Shown: piece by piece, positions 41,963 to 57,860 of the stretch
Position numbering within the stretch: the stretch's first letter is position 1
Layout: each line of letters starts with the position of its first letter
Source: Eledone cirrhosa
Taxonomy: Eukaryota
Length of the DNA: 64,000 nt
Assembly (NCBI GenBank): GCA_964016885.1
Contig: OZ024743.1
Span: 346,022,001-346,086,000 of the forward strand
Reading direction: 5' to 3'
Translations under genes and position numbers: made by a program
The notes under the pieces: generated by a model
Database searches by the model: none
Told to the model about the DNA's origin: nothing
What the model saw: only the letters and a program-made list of their open reading frames with translations

Positions 41963-42608
41963 ACAACAATGCGAGTATTACAAGAAGAGTCATTGCTACA
42001 GGTTAAATGAAAGGAAAAGTGTAGGATGAAAGAATATAACAAATTCCTTTGGTTCAGAGTCATAGACCCTGGAACAATCTTCTAAATAATGCTACTGAAA
42101 GATTATCCTTTACCATTTCTATTCTGTGCCTTGATAGTTTCATAGAATAAATAGAACTGGTATACAGGAATATTTCTATAGTTTTATTTATATGATTCTC
42201 TAAATTTGTTTGCTTATTCATTCACTCATTATTATTATTATTAATATTATTATTATTTTTACTATTATTATTATTGTTATTATTATTATTATTATTGCTA
42301 ATGGAAGAATTTCGTTTGATAGAGGTGAATAGTTAACTCCGGCATATTTGATCACGTTTACACCATCAGGTTGCCTGTATTCACCGGTTATAAGTCTTGA
42401 AAAAATCTCGATGGAAACCACCCTAACCCCCCCCTCTCTTTCACACACACACTCACGCACACACACGCACACACACACACACACATACACACATACAACC
42501 ACACATTCAAACACATACACACACAAACACACATATGCAAACACACACAATCTCTCCCTCTATTTCTCATTTTCACATACATATATACATAACATATGTA
42601 CATCTATG

Positions 42609-42666
<58 letters not shown>

Positions 42667-42720
42667 AACATAACACATACAGACACATATATATATATAT
42701 ATTTATATACATATATCTAC

Positions 42721-42848
<128 letters not shown>

Positions 42849-43020
42849 ACTATACAACATTCTCTCAAATACACTTTCTCTTTCAGTCTGTCATACTCTC
42901 ATAACTATACACATAAACATACAATGAACAAAAAACAAGAATAACTATTTAACATTCATGATATAATAGTTATATTCAAAGTTGAAACTGCAGGACAACT
43001 TTAGTGAATATATAAAAAAT

Positions 43021-43108
<88 letters not shown>

Positions 43109-43335
43109 TCCCGCCATCACACGCAAAACCGGAGACACAAACACACTGAAGATAACATACCTCTCTCTCTCTCTATATATATATATATACGTATATAAAT
43201 GTGACTCTTTTATATGTTAGTATGGGCATGCATGCATGTACGCACATACATAAACACACCTACCTTTGCACAGATATACATTCATAGACACGCACTGACA
43301 TACACAAGCACTCACATACACACACACACATACAC

Positions 43336-43419
<84 letters not shown>

Positions 43420-43569
43420 TTATATTATCTCTCTCTCTATATATATATTTATTTATATATATTTATATATATATTTATATATATATTATATATATATATA
43501 TATACATATTTTATATATATATATATTTATATATATATATTTATATATATATTATATATATATATATAC

Positions 43570-43622
<53 letters not shown>

Positions 43623-43674
43623 TATATGTATATACATTCTATATATATATTATATATATAAATATATATATACA

Positions 43675-43783
<109 letters not shown>

Positions 43784-43933
43784 TTATGTATGTGTGTGGA
43801 AGTCAAATATACAATTGCAACAACAATAACACATCCCAAGAAGAACCTGAACGAAAAGAAGCAAAATAAGTAAATAAATTTTGAAGCCAGCCTGAAAGTA
43901 AAACAAGATCTAAATCGAAGAGTGAGAGAGAGG

Positions 43934-44001
<68 letters not shown>

Positions 44002-44216
44002 GAGAGAGAGAGAGAGAGAATAACTAAGCAATGGTGAGAACTCATGTATTTATTCCTCCATTCAGGAAGTGTAATTGAAAAGTTGGCATGGAACTTCACG
44101 TTTGTTCATAATACTGGTGGCAAAAAGCTTTGATCTAGCGGGGCTGTTTTTAACAATTTTTTAAGCATTTTTTCAACATACACACACACGCGCTCACATA
44201 CACGAACACACACACG

Positions 44217-44279
<63 letters not shown>

Positions 44280-44287
44280 ACACACAC

Positions 44288-44324
<37 letters not shown>

Positions 44325-44375
44325 TATACATATGTGTGTGTGTGTATATATATATATGTGTGTATATATACATAT

Positions 44376-44406
<31 letters not shown>

Positions 44407-44742
44407 GGTATATATATATATATATATATAGGTATATATATATATATATGTGTGTATATATATATATAAATATATGTGTATATATACATGACCCTCCCCA
44501 AAGTATAACAATATATATATATATATATATATTATACACACACACATATTCATAAGCATATATATATATACACTCTCATTAACATACACACACATATCAC
44601 ATATACATTCATATACCAAAGACACAGAGGTGTACATATATATTCATATATATTTCTATTCTTACACCGGTTTATACTTATGCTTTTCGTTCTTTCGTTC
44701 TATTACACTCATTCTATTTATCATCATAAGCTGCATTGGCTC

Positions 44743-44930
44743 CTTCTTCTTCTTCTTCTTCTTCTTCTTCTTCTTCTTCTTCTTCTTCTTCTTCTTCTTC
44801 TTCTTCTTCCGTCATAATCATCATCATCATCATCACCGTCCTCATCATCATCATCATCATCATAACCACCACCATCTTCATCATCATCATCATCACCACC
44901 ACCATCATCATTATCATCATTATCATCGTT
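44743..44930. repeat. (CTT)n followed by (CAT)n microsatellites
   Basis: Direct inspection. Confidence 0.95.
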
Positions 44931-46120
44931 ATAATCCTCAACACAATCCTCATCGTCGTCATTGTCATTAACACCATTAAGACTCTCATTATATTCATAA
45001 AGACGTTGCAGCCACCCCCACCGTCACCAGCACCACCACATCCACAACCACCACAGCCACCTCCATCTACAACATTACTTTAAAACAACACTTTAAAAAT
45101 GACCTTTTTCATAGTCATATATTCGACAACTTTACAGTATATTCTCCCCATAGAATGTTACCTGACCTTAGTCAGGTGGTTCATTTGATTGCAAATGCTG
45201 TATTTTTCTGACGTGCATCATTTACTACAAATACCCTTTGCACGTTCTGCAGAATCTCATCAATTCGGCCGATCTCTTACCTTTAAGTAAAAGCCATTCT
45301 ATGTCTGGACTAATTGTTTCATTACATCATTCATTTTATCATATGTCGCTTTTGATTTCTATATTCAAGCCTCCTTCATCAACGTTCTTATTTTAACATA
45401 TCGCCCAATTATGATTTAAATAATGTATTTTGATATCGAAACAATAAAATTTTGATATATCTCAATGGGATATTTTTGTATATAACAATGTTAACTTTTG
45501 GTATATCACAGGTATATTTTATTATCATATTGAAAATATTTGCTATATAGCATAGTAATGTGTTGATATTTTCCAATAATAATTTGATACCTTGCAATCA
45601 TGTGTTGACATATTAACAGTTACAATTTCAAATTCCCTAATGCTTCTGTGATATATATACATATATACAATGATACATATATAAATGTCAATGATATTTT
45701 GATAAATTAAAAATAAATATTCAAATATTAATGCTTATATTACGCAATTCTGTTTTGATATAGGCCAATTATATTATATAATACTATAAATATATTTTGA
45801 AAATATTCCAGTTAGAAGTTGATGTATTGCAATTTTTTATTATAGTACATACTTTTAAGACGAGAAGAGGAACGTATTGTCCATGATATTTTTCAAGGTT
45901 TGTTAACCCGTTGACCCCGAAACATTTTTCTCCTATTTTAACATCGGCGAGATTTGAATTCAGAAAGTTGAGATCACGAACACAGTGGCAAACTATTTTG
46001 TTTAATTCGTGGCATTGATATAGTACGATTTCGTACTATATCATACATATTGTTCATTTCGATTATGTACAATATTTTTACAAATTACAATTATATAGTT
46101 CCAAATATCTCGACCTAGAC

Positions 46121-46333
46121 GGGGCGATTGGCAGAATCGGTTGATCGCCGGACGTCATACATTGCAGCATATTGTTACGGCCCTTTACGTTCTGAATTCA
46201 AACCCCGCCGAGTTTAACTTTAACTTTCATTCTTACAGGTCGATAAATAAAGCACCAGTAATGCACTGAGATCGATTTTATCGTCTTTGCTTCACCTTCA
46301 AAGTGCTGACCTTGTGCCTAAAGTAGAAGCCAT
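46121..46333 (+). mobile_element. tRNA-derived SINE with a Nin/Deu-like core
   Basis: A box TGGCAGAATCGG, B box-like GAATTCAAACC and core ctttcattc..gtcgataaataaagcaccag. At least five other copies in the window. Confidence 0.85.
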
Positions 46334-46564
46334 TTTCCCCCTATATATATGTTTCTCTATCTGATTCTCTGTTTTTCAGTGTCTCTGCTTGTCTGTCTCT
46401 CTGCGTATCTCGCTCTACATTCTATTTAACTATCTATCCAATTATGTCTCCTGCTGTCCTGAACCTTTGCAAACGACAATATCACACGAAATAACATCGT
46501 CATTGCACACACACACTCTCTCTGTTACTCTCTCTCTCTCTCTTACTCTCTCTCTCTCTCTCTC

Positions 46565-46786
<222 letters not shown>

Positions 46787-47029
46787 AATAAAAAACAACA
46801 GAAGGCCGGACTGGAAAATATGCCTTAACATTTTAATTCCGTGAAATCACTATACATATTTCGGCCCAGCTCCATCATCCAAATATGATGCAAAACGGGA
46901 CGATCTCATCAGGCAACCTCGGCAGAATTACATGACAGGGTTACGTTGAACCCAAACATATCATGGTATATATAGATATATATAGATATATAGCATTACA
47001 CACATAAACACACACATATATATATATAT

Positions 47030-47174
47030 AGGAAAATGTTCAAGACCACGACAGCAGAGCACGAGCCGTTTCGATGAGGTTTTGAAAATGTTCCTATTAC
47101 CCACTCTACTACCCTAAGTATTGAGTCATTTGGTGCGTTATGGTCCACCTGGTTCCTTACCACACTTCCTTCGT

Positions 47175-47176
<2 letters not shown>
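47030..47176. mobile_element. Family W element (short inverted piece plus 3' end)
   Basis: 47090-47176 matches 62612-62698. 47030-47074 is an inverted piece ending at gccgtttcga. Confidence 0.8.
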
Positions 47177-47226
<50 letters not shown>

Positions 47227-47267
47227 TAAATAGAGAGAGAGAGGTAGATAGATAGATAGATAGATAT

Positions 47268-47620
47268 CTTTCTTCATTTGCCAGAGGGGCGTACAAAAAT
47301 GGGACATTACAAGACGTAACGGCTGGGATTTTACATAAAAATCATATAACTTTAAAATTAATAAATAACAATAAATTATATATAATAAAATAACAATTGA
47401 AATCCCAATAGAAGGGAACGTTACTGCAGGGTTATTTTACACCCCGTGGATAGAACAACCCTCAACACCAGGAACACGTGTTGTAGGTATTCCCGTCTTC
47501 CCTCTGTTTATCTTCCTCAGGTTTATGTACAGAGAAGGCCCATTCACTCGGGCCATTTTCGCCACATTCACCCACCTTTCAGCGAATTTACTGGGATGTA
47601 GCACCTCTATTCTCCACTCT
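47268..47620 (-). mobile_element. Possible Tx1/L1-like LINE 3' end
   Basis: The minus strand reads SKFAERWVNVAKMARVNGPSL, then a UTR ending in an A-rich tail. Assignment is by recollection only. Confidence 0.45.
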
Positions 47621-47621
47621 A

Positions 47622-47665
<44 letters not shown>

Positions 47666-47851
47666 ATTTGATTTTAAGTTCAGTCAATATATATAAATAT
47701 ATATCAACAATGTTTCTCAGGAAAGAGCTCAATACATATCTGTTCATACGATAATATATTACTTGTGAAATAAAACAGTATATTATACATATATACACAT
47801 ATAGCATATATGTATGATAGTGTTAGAATAAAACAGTACTCACATAAAAAT

Positions 47852-47974
<123 letters not shown>

Positions 47975-48573
47975 TATATATATATATCTGTATATATATA
48001 AAAATCTAGTTTTCTGTATGTGAGTGTATGTGTGGACAATTTTTAATGAGGGCTCATATATTCTAAACCAATCATGCGATTTCTTTGAAATTTTTTACAG
48101 AGCTTCTCCTTGCACAAAACCTGTACATGATCTACAAAAGCTTTCAAAAATCGATATTGGGCCTTTGTAGACGTTAAAAATGTTCGGTTATTTGTGTCAA
48201 TTTTCGTGATTAAGTAAGACAAGAGTTATTTTTCGTCAATACAATAGGAACTCATTTTTGATGTTATCAAAAATTTTGTTTGGGGATTTTGATTATTACA
48301 ATGCGGCTCATTCGGATTTTACTTTAGTCTTTGTACTTGAAACAAAAGGCTTTATTGTTGTTAAACAAATGTGTACCTAGACTGGATTTCTGTTACATGC
48401 GATAACGGATGATACGGAGCTCACATATTAATTATTTCGCTGGAATAGTGCCTAAGGTTTTCATATTTACATAAAGTACGTTTTTCTTCTATGTATTCAA
48501 ATTTACTTTGTTTAGTTTAATGAGCTACATCGAAAGCTACTTGAACCGTCCAACGGACGGGTACTTTAGCTCG

Positions 48574-48635
<62 letters not shown>

Positions 48636-48949
48636 CATATATATATGTATATATATGTATATATACATACAGACAGACATACATACAGACATTATGTATC
48701 ATCAATATTTACATATGTAGATATATATATATACAACTTTTGTATATAACTTTTCTTAATTCACCTAAGACGGAAAACGGGAGGGTACTGCTTTCTGTTC
48801 GCAATTGAACCCGCAACAATGTGGAGAAAAAAACTTCAGAAGGCTTATAAAATTTAACGTCCAACTAACATGTTTATTTATGTGCCCTAAATAGATGTAA
48901 GAAAAACCCTTCAGAATAAAATACATACTCGAAAGGAAACACAATACCA

Positions 48950-48986
<37 letters not shown>

Positions 48987-49424
48987 TAGCATATGTGCCT
49001 TGAGCTAAAAATGCTAGAATGACAAGTATGCTATACGAGGAAACGTCTTCACTATCCAGATGACTTCAAGATCAAAGCGGAAAAAAAATGAAAAAACATT
49101 AAATATACGGGAACAACGTTGATGATGAAAATGTAGACTGTTGGAAAGAAATAACGATTGGGTGGGGTAGACACTTAGCAAAATGGCATCCGTGCAAAGG
49201 ACTACCAGGTGGAGTCCTTGAGTGGAGGCTGGGGAAGTAACAAGCAGAGGTGACCCCAAGTTTATGTCATCACGGGTTAGTTGGAAAGATAACTGGTCGC
49301 ATTCTTGCATGAGATAAATTATACGGCTTGTTGACTCAACACGTCGGTATGCGCTATGGTTCTTTCTAATAATTGAGATATGATATACATGCATTAATAT
49401 ATGTCTATATATGTACACATACAT

Positions 49425-49602
<178 letters not shown>

Positions 49603-50223
49603 ATATATATCTCCCTGTTTTCATATATATATATATATAAACTCATATTCATATATTTATATACTCATATATATATATATATATATGTATATATATTTTA
49701 TATATATATATATATGTATATATGCATATACATATATATATATATTTGTGTGTGTGTGTGTGTGTGTTTCTGTGTCTAAAATTACATGAATATATATTTT
49801 TTTAATCTATATTTGCATATATATATTTATACACACAACCATACATATATTCATACATACATACATACATACATACATACATACATACATACAAACATTC
49901 ATACATACTTATGTACAACCGTATGTAATCTTGGGCGGTATTCGCTTCTATAAAAGTTGGCGTGTGAAAGTATATATATATATATATACACACACATATG
50001 TTTGTGTATGTAGTTGCATATATAGATATACGATATATACATACATATTCACACGTATGGTCATATACATGCATATTTATAATTATTATCTGGTCGTTAG
50101 TCTTATCAACCACACTTTCATTTTATCTCTTCATTTTGTCAGTTTTCCTTTTTTACCATCCCGTTATCTATATAAAATATACATGTATATATATACAGGC
50201 ATAGATAAATATATAAGTACGTA

Positions 50224-50263
<40 letters not shown>

Positions 50264-50312
50264 CGTATATGTACATATATATATATATATTTATATATAT
50301 ATATACGTATTG

Positions 50313-50345
<33 letters not shown>

Positions 50346-50356
50346 TGTATACGTAT

Positions 50357-50421
<65 letters not shown>

Positions 50422-50661
50422 TATAAACTTATACTCTATATTTTTTTCTTATATAATACATATATATATGAGTGTTTGTGAGAGAGAGAGAGAGAGAAAG
50501 CAAGAGAGAGTGAGAGAGCAAGAGAGAATGCGTGTGTGTGAGAAAGTTTCTGGGTGATTGTGTGTGTATGTGTGTGTGTGTATGTGAGTGTGTGTGTATG
50601 TTTGTGTGCTTTTGATGCCTGTGTGATCGTACAGAAATAGAATTACCACAACAAAATATAC

Positions 50662-50716
<55 letters not shown>

Positions 50717-51098
50717 TACATATTAAATTAAATCTTGACTGTTTTCAACCAGTTGTCCGTGGATATGATGAGTCACGTCCAATATAACACAGTAGAGAAG
50801 GCAAAGTACATGGGGATAAAAATAAAGCGAATACTAGTGAAATGTGGATGAACAGTAACAAAAATTAGGTAGACCAAGAAAATCGTGATGGAGATCCACG
50901 AAGTTCAATCTACTGAAAGAAACGATACTTCACAATAATGATGACGGTGATCACGGCGTTTGGTTTGGTTGTACTCATGGGCTGTATGTTGCGGATTTCC
51001 TTGTGCTCGTTTATATTATATAATAATCTTCTGATGAGAACCCTCAATTTTCCAATGTCAATTTAACATATTTATCTTCATTCTATATTTTACAAGGA

Positions 51099-51315
51099 CG
51101 GTGGATTATCAGTATCGGTAGAGTGTCGGACGCCATGCATTGCAGCATAGAGTTACGGTCATTTACGTTCTGAGTTCAAATCCCGCCGAGGTTAACTTTG
51201 GCTTTCATTCTTACAGGGTCGATAAAATATAGCACCAGTCACCCACTCGGGTGGATTTAATCAACTTTTCTCTATCCCCAAATGACTGACCATGTGCCTA
51301 TAATAGAAATCATTA
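51099..51315 (+). mobile_element. Nin/Deu-like tRNA SINE copy
   Basis: B box GAGTTCAAATCC. Homologous to 46121. Partial copies at 52245-52345 (+) and 54209-54299 (-). Confidence 0.85.
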
Positions 51316-51645
51316 TTTTTATAATTTACAAGGAAGTACGTAATATTCAAAATCTTTACCTATATATATATTGAATGTGTAAATTTATATACATATTTAT
51401 GCTGTCTCTGTACATAGATATACATTTATCGTATCTTTCATCATATTAGCGAAAACATGTTGAACTATATAAATTATTACTTTTTATTGTGTATATATAT
51501 ATATTTGTATTTAATTTTTTTAAATTGTATATATACATTGGCATTTTTACCTTCCCCATCAGTTCCTCTCCCTCTACCCACACTTTAAATACATGCACAT
51601 AAAGGGACCACTTTTACAATTAGAATGTGTTCTGCGCCTTGGAAC

Positions 51646-51735
51646 GCATATCTGATGAGATGTCGGTACTGTGTTAGGCCCCGAAAATTATGATTGCAAC
51701 CCGAATTAATCGATGTTGAAACAATTCTCATATGC
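51646..51735 (+). ncRNA. Type I hammerhead with a large loop II insertion
   Basis: gcatat-CTGATGA-gatgtcg[45 nt]cgatgtt-GAAA-caattc-TC-atatgc. Stem III is probably a mutated caattg. Confidence 0.75.
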
Positions 51736-51892
51736 AATAAATTCCATATCATCGTTCCTGCTTACTTGTATAAGTATTTATACACACACAAACAAACGCA
51801 TGCACACACATAACCACTTCCATATATATATACATATATATATACGATGATATTAAATAAATGGAAACTATATTTATAAAACCATATTTATT

Positions 51893-51950
51893 CTATTATA
51901 TATATTTCAAGTGTACCAAAAAGTTTGGTACGCTTTCATCAGTTAAAATA
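51893..51950 (-). ncRNA. Hammerhead motif with strong stem II and weak stem I
   Basis: ttttaa-CTGATGA-aagcgtaccaaa ctt tttggtacactt-GAAA-tata-TA-taatag. Confidence 0.65.
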
Positions 51951-52548
51951 CAAAGTGTGTGTAATAAATTTTGACATGATTAGTAGTTACGATGTTTTGT
52001 TGAAGTTGTGATGATGCCGGTATTGATTGAGATGGAGTAATGCTTGTCATAATATTTCTACGGCGTAGCGCTGATCACAAATTGGAAGTGGTGTTTCTAT
52101 TACCGAGACACAAAACAAAGTTTAAGAGTGTGTATTATATGCTAAAGTGCTGGTATTCACTTTGAGCCGGATTCAGTAATTACGCGGAAGAATTTTAGCT
52201 TTAGGAGAGGAACAATTGACTTGTTTGATACTATCTCATTATTTGCCTGGTTAACTTTGCCTTTTATCCTTACGGGTCGATAAAATAAAGTACCAGTAAT
52301 ACACTGGGTAATTGCTGGCCTTGTGCCTAACGTAGAAACAATTATTTGCCTTGATGCCTATTATTTTGTTGGTATGTTTATGTGAATATATTTTTCTGGT
52401 AGGTTAGAGTATTAAATGTATTAGTGTATTAAGATCACACACACACACACACAGACACACAGACACACAGACACACGTTATGGGTGAAAGCAGCGATTCT
52501 TTGCTTAAACTTTAATCTGTTTTTATAAAAAATATTTGCTCGATGGGT

Positions 52549-52602
<54 letters not shown>

Positions 52603-53081
52603 ATGACCCCTTAGCCTTTGTCAAGGCAGAATTCTAGGAGAAGGAAAACTCTGATATAACACCTGCAACCCTGATGGTATCCAATGATGTTGACTTGTTC
52701 TTCTTTTGGGTAAATATCATCTGGGTTAAGAGAATGGGAATGGCTTTGTGCAGTGCCTTTGCTCGCTATAAAAGCTTCACGGCACAGGCATTGCTTTATA
52801 TCTGGAGATCTCGCTGCACTTGTCGCAGCACTATGTGTCATATAATTGTAACAAGTGTAGTGTTTATACTAGAGTTTAAAGTCGCTGTCTGGACTAAAAA
52901 ATCACACTCGTTCAGCGCATCGGTAGGGGTTCTCCTACATGGATATAAATTAGTGGCCGTACTCGAAAACGAGTTGGCAGCCACCATGTATATATATATA
53001 GTTTAATAAATAAGCAGAGAAAAATAAACGGAGAGGCAGTACAAATGATATTAGTATTAGTTTCACGTTTGAGAGTGGGGG

Positions 53082-53127
<46 letters not shown>

Positions 53128-53200
53128 ATTATCGAGCCCTCTTCGGATTTTATTCTTCACATTTATTATTACTATATATATACATACACGCACACAAACA

Positions 53201-53351
<151 letters not shown>

Positions 53352-53628
53352 TAGAAAGTGAGGTTTTTTTTTACAAAATGAAAAATAACCGAGGTGTCCT
53401 ACACGAGTGAAAGTATAAGGAAAAAAGATGAAATCGAAAATGCAACTCGAGTCATATTTAAAAAAATATATATATATTTATTTGGTTCCTTTACCGGTTC
53501 CGCAGTTTTTCTGCTTTTCAAAAGTAGAGTTGAGATGGAGGGTCTGTGGTTTTTCTCACATCAGATGTGAGAAAAACAACATACCCGGTAAAGGAATATA
53601 TAGTTGCATTTTCGATTTCCTCTTTTTT

Positions 53629-53782
<154 letters not shown>

Positions 53783-53893
53783 AGTAATAATAATAAATTT
53801 GAAGACTAAAATCGACAAGGATAAATATATATCAAATATATATCAAATATATAAGAACGGTAGAGCAAATATTTATTAAAATAACAGATTAAT

Positions 53894-53943
53894 GTCTAAG
53901 CAAAGAATCGCTGCTTTCACCCTTAACGGGATCTTCTGAAACT
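53894..53943 (-). ncRNA. Family V hammerhead (U4A variant), second copy
   Basis: Reverse complement of 23935-23985. The stem I 3' strand is agac, giving a G-U pair. Confidence 0.75.
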
Positions 53944-55718
53944 AATAAAGTCAATCTGTGAACGCAGAAGTAAATATTTAAAAAAACGTTTTAACCGGAG
54001 GAAGACAGGAAGACGATACATTGGGTCGTGGAAACGTTCCCTTGCAAAGAACGGGAAAAATGAAGATAATACGTCATTATTTCGAGCGGTGAAAAACAAT
54101 TACACGCAAAGACAAAACCACCTTTATGGTATAAAGGAAGTCGTATTCTAACATTCTATTAGGTGTTTCATGGAGACGTTCTCTGGCAATGAACGGAAAA
54201 AACAATGATAATTGTTTCTACTTTTGGCACAAGGCCAGCAATTAACCAGTGTATTACTGGTACTTTATTTTATCGACCCCATAAAGATGAAAGGCAAAAA
54301 CGAAGATAATACGTCATTATGTGGATCGTGGAGAACAATAAGAACGTGGAGAACAATGAGAACGCGAAGACAAAACCACGTAAATGGTATAACTGAAGTC
54401 GTAGATTAAAATTCTAACTAGGAAACCGAATGATTCTCGGCTTCAGAGTTAAGAATAAAGTAAATAAAATACAGAGGTAATTGAAATTAAATAAATACGT
54501 ACACGCATCCATATACTTTTTTAGTTACGTATGTATATATGCATATATCAATATATGTGTTTATCTACTATGTAATTCTAAATTCTCGGTATTCGTTGGC
54601 ATAGTATATGGTTTGTGACATGTAAACTGTATTGATAGGAACATCATACGGAGTGTCATGAGCAGTTGAGATTTGTTTTGATCCACTCAATTTGATATTA
54701 TATATATTTAGCAGTTTATGAAATGTTTCTCTTGGTGTGTGTATTAGGTATGAATTCCGACAAGTCTATTATTATTCAAGCCACTTTGAAATATATTTTG
54801 CATGAGGTGACACACAATTGACGAAGAAATTATGGTGAAATTATCATGAATGTGCGTAAATAATTTTGATAAAAAATAGAAAAGTAACACTTATGACAAC
54901 TTTAACCTAACAAGAGTTCGTAACTAACACCTCTGGGTCGATACTATTTACACATATATACATTCATATATATATATACATATATGAATGTGTGTGTATA
55001 TATATATATGTGTGTGTCTGTGTGTGTGTGTGTATTTTTGTTTACAAATATATGTATATATATATACATACATACAAACAAACATATACATACATACATA
55101 CATAAATACATACATACATACATACATACATACATACATACATACATACATACATACATACATACATACATACACTCATGAGTGCCAGCATCATATCTTG
55201 ATGATATCGTAATGAGTATTATGATTATCATTACATTTATCTTCTACATAATCATCACCTTCATTATTATCATCATTATTTCTATTATTTTTATTATTAC
55301 TACAAATATCATTATTATCCTCATCTTAATTCCCTCATGTTTTTTCTCCTTCACAAATTAAGTTACATACAGTATATTTTTTCTTTTAATTTTCTCTATG
55401 AAATATAAAGCAAGGGCTACAAAAATTACAACTTCATCATCTATTATATAGCAACTAATGGTGTATATTATCACAAATAATCTTCACACCGACCCGCATT
55501 TCATCCATATAATATTTGTCACGGCGGGTGACATATTTGTCCGGGCGCATAATCTTTTAATTATCGAATTAAATATTTTGTATATCAAGTAATAAAATAT
55601 TCACAAAACAAATATATTAGTGGGATGTTTCATTGGCTAATATATTGCGAGTGTTCATGCGTATATAGACATGTACACGCATGTAGACACACACACACAA
55701 ACCAAACTGTATGTATGT

Positions 55719-55751
<33 letters not shown>

Positions 55752-55758
<7 letters not shown>

Positions 55759-56428
55759 AAATGAAGAATTAGAAATAGAAGCCAGGATTATCCGTCATCA
55801 GTGGTCTACTAGCCAATTCTTTTTATCCCAATAACTTAATTTAGTTATTGTATTGCCCTAGCCGGAGGTATATGGTCTGTAATGCGAAGAAATACCTATT
55901 ATGGCTAGTAGATCACTGATGATGGATAGTCCTGGCTTCTATTTCTAATTCTTCATTTTATTATATATATCATATTTGCAACACTACAGCTCGCCATTTT
56001 TCATTCATATATGCTTTCCCTTTCGCTGTGACCTGTCTTTTCTCTTCCCTTACTGCTATCCTATTTCTCTCTCCCCCTTCTCTCTCCTTCTCCCTCTTAC
56101 TTTCACTCAGCCCCTCTGCTAGTCACCCTCTTTCGGCTAGCCTCTTCCTCACACTTTCACTCACCCACTCTCTGCTACTCACCCCCTCTTTACGTTGCCT
56201 CTCCATTCGTGTTTATTTACCTGTCTCTCTTTCTCCACCCAATTCTTTTTATCCCAATAACTTAATTTAGTTATTGTATTGCCCTAGCCGGAGGTATATG
56301 GTCTGTAATGCGAAGAAATACCTATGATGGTTAGTAGACCACTGATGATGGATAATCCTGGCTTCTATTTCTAATTCTTCATTTTATTATATATATCATA
56401 TTTGCAACAACACAGCTCACCATTTTTC

Positions 56429-56432
<4 letters not shown>
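55752..56432 (+). mobile_element. Partial tandem (426-bp period) with an inverted 5' piece, flanked by (TA)n
   Basis: 55813-56006 is repeated at 56239-56432. 55752-55814 is the reverse complement of about 55903-55965. Confidence 0.9.
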
Positions 56433-56470
<38 letters not shown>

Positions 56471-56655
56471 GTTAGAAATTATCTTATAGTGAGATATGGG
56501 TTTCGGGTTTTATCATTAGTCTTCAGGATTTTCTTCATTATGTATGAAGTACTTTGTTTCATGTTTCTTATTTAGCGCCTGTTGTTTAAACGTTTAAAAC
56601 TTATCTTTGGATCTGCGTATTGAAGGATATGTCACGAAAAGTTTAATTGTGTTGT

Positions 56656-56750
56656 AATAATTTAATTTGATATTGAGTATGGCACAATAATTCAATTTGA
56701 TATTGAGTATGGCACAATAATTTAATTTGATATTGAGTAAAGCACAATAA
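56656..56750. repeat. 30-bp minisatellite x3
   Basis: aataatttaatttgatattgagtatggcac is repeated three times. Confidence 0.9.
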
Positions 56751-57574
56751 TATATATAAATATCTAAACATACATACACACACATACATATATATTTATA
56801 TATATAAGCACACACGTACATACACGCACACACATACATGCACACACACACACACACATACACATATATATATATATGTATGTGTATATTTTAGTGTAAA
56901 TATATTTTCGTATTGCATTTGTGAGATGTATTAGAGAAATTTTCTGAGACATAAATAGCGAAATTAAAATAGGTCATCGTTGTTGTCATCATCATTTAAC
57001 AACAATTAACATCATAATCATCATACTCATTGCTATCACCCCCGTCATTATTTTCATTCCTTTCAACTAATAACAACCAACGTATATCAAAAATATAACT
57101 AACAACGATGAAAGCACATAGATGTCTATCATAACTTTACTTGTGAATCTCAGATGAATAATCAATGATCTCTCTCTGACACCCCGCTTGTTGGTTGATG
57201 ATTGAAGTTTAATTCTAATCTATAGTTTTAATTGTACAAGCTTTTCCTTCGTCGGTCACAGAAAGCTACGAACTCATGAAAGTTTTGAAATTTCATGGGA
57301 CACAAATTCATGGGACACAAATGTAAATCATAACGAAGGGGTGTAAATTATCTAAAATGTTTTATACATATTGCAAATCAGCATTATATTTCAATGGTTT
57401 TGTCTATCAGCTCCCCTGTGTCTGTCTTCCTGCCTGTCTGTCTGTCTGTCTGTATGTATGTCTGTCTGTCTACCTATCTATCTATATATCTATTATATAT
57501 CTATCTAGCCATCGAATACACAAAACAATACTAACAATCTATAAATAATAGCTTAGAAAGTCAAGTAAATTACA

Positions 57575-57860
57575 TTAGCGACAGCTTGTGACCACTTTAT
57601 CCGTCTTTATTCGTTTTCTGCGACGCAGTGGAGACTTCTGGGGTCCTTGGCCCTTAGGCTACCTCCATAGTCACCTCCATACACGCGGAGCTGGCCAGCC
57701 GAAGGTGTGAGCCTCGTCAGTGGGAATGGTTCTTACCATCCTCCGGGGAAACGCCTTCTCCCTCCTGTCCGCCGTGGCTGTGGGGAGGCCAGCACGTGCG
57801 ACCCCATTTCCTCACCATACGGATTAATAGGCAAAGTTATAAACTATTGTAAATAAATAA
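57575..57860 (+). mobile_element. CRE-clade non-LTR retrotransposon 3' end (REL C-terminus)
   Basis: VETSGVLGP*A..EPRQWEWF..ILRGNAFSLLSA, followed by (AAAT)n. Confidence 0.7.

Noticed and set aside
53538-53590. Hairpin with ggg-t-CTGTGG...GAAA..TA-ccc as a hammerhead
   Set aside because: Core and stem III are too degenerate to support a call.
56656-56750. CRISPR-like 30-bp repeats
   Set aside because: The repeats are contiguous with no spacers, and the context is eukaryotic.
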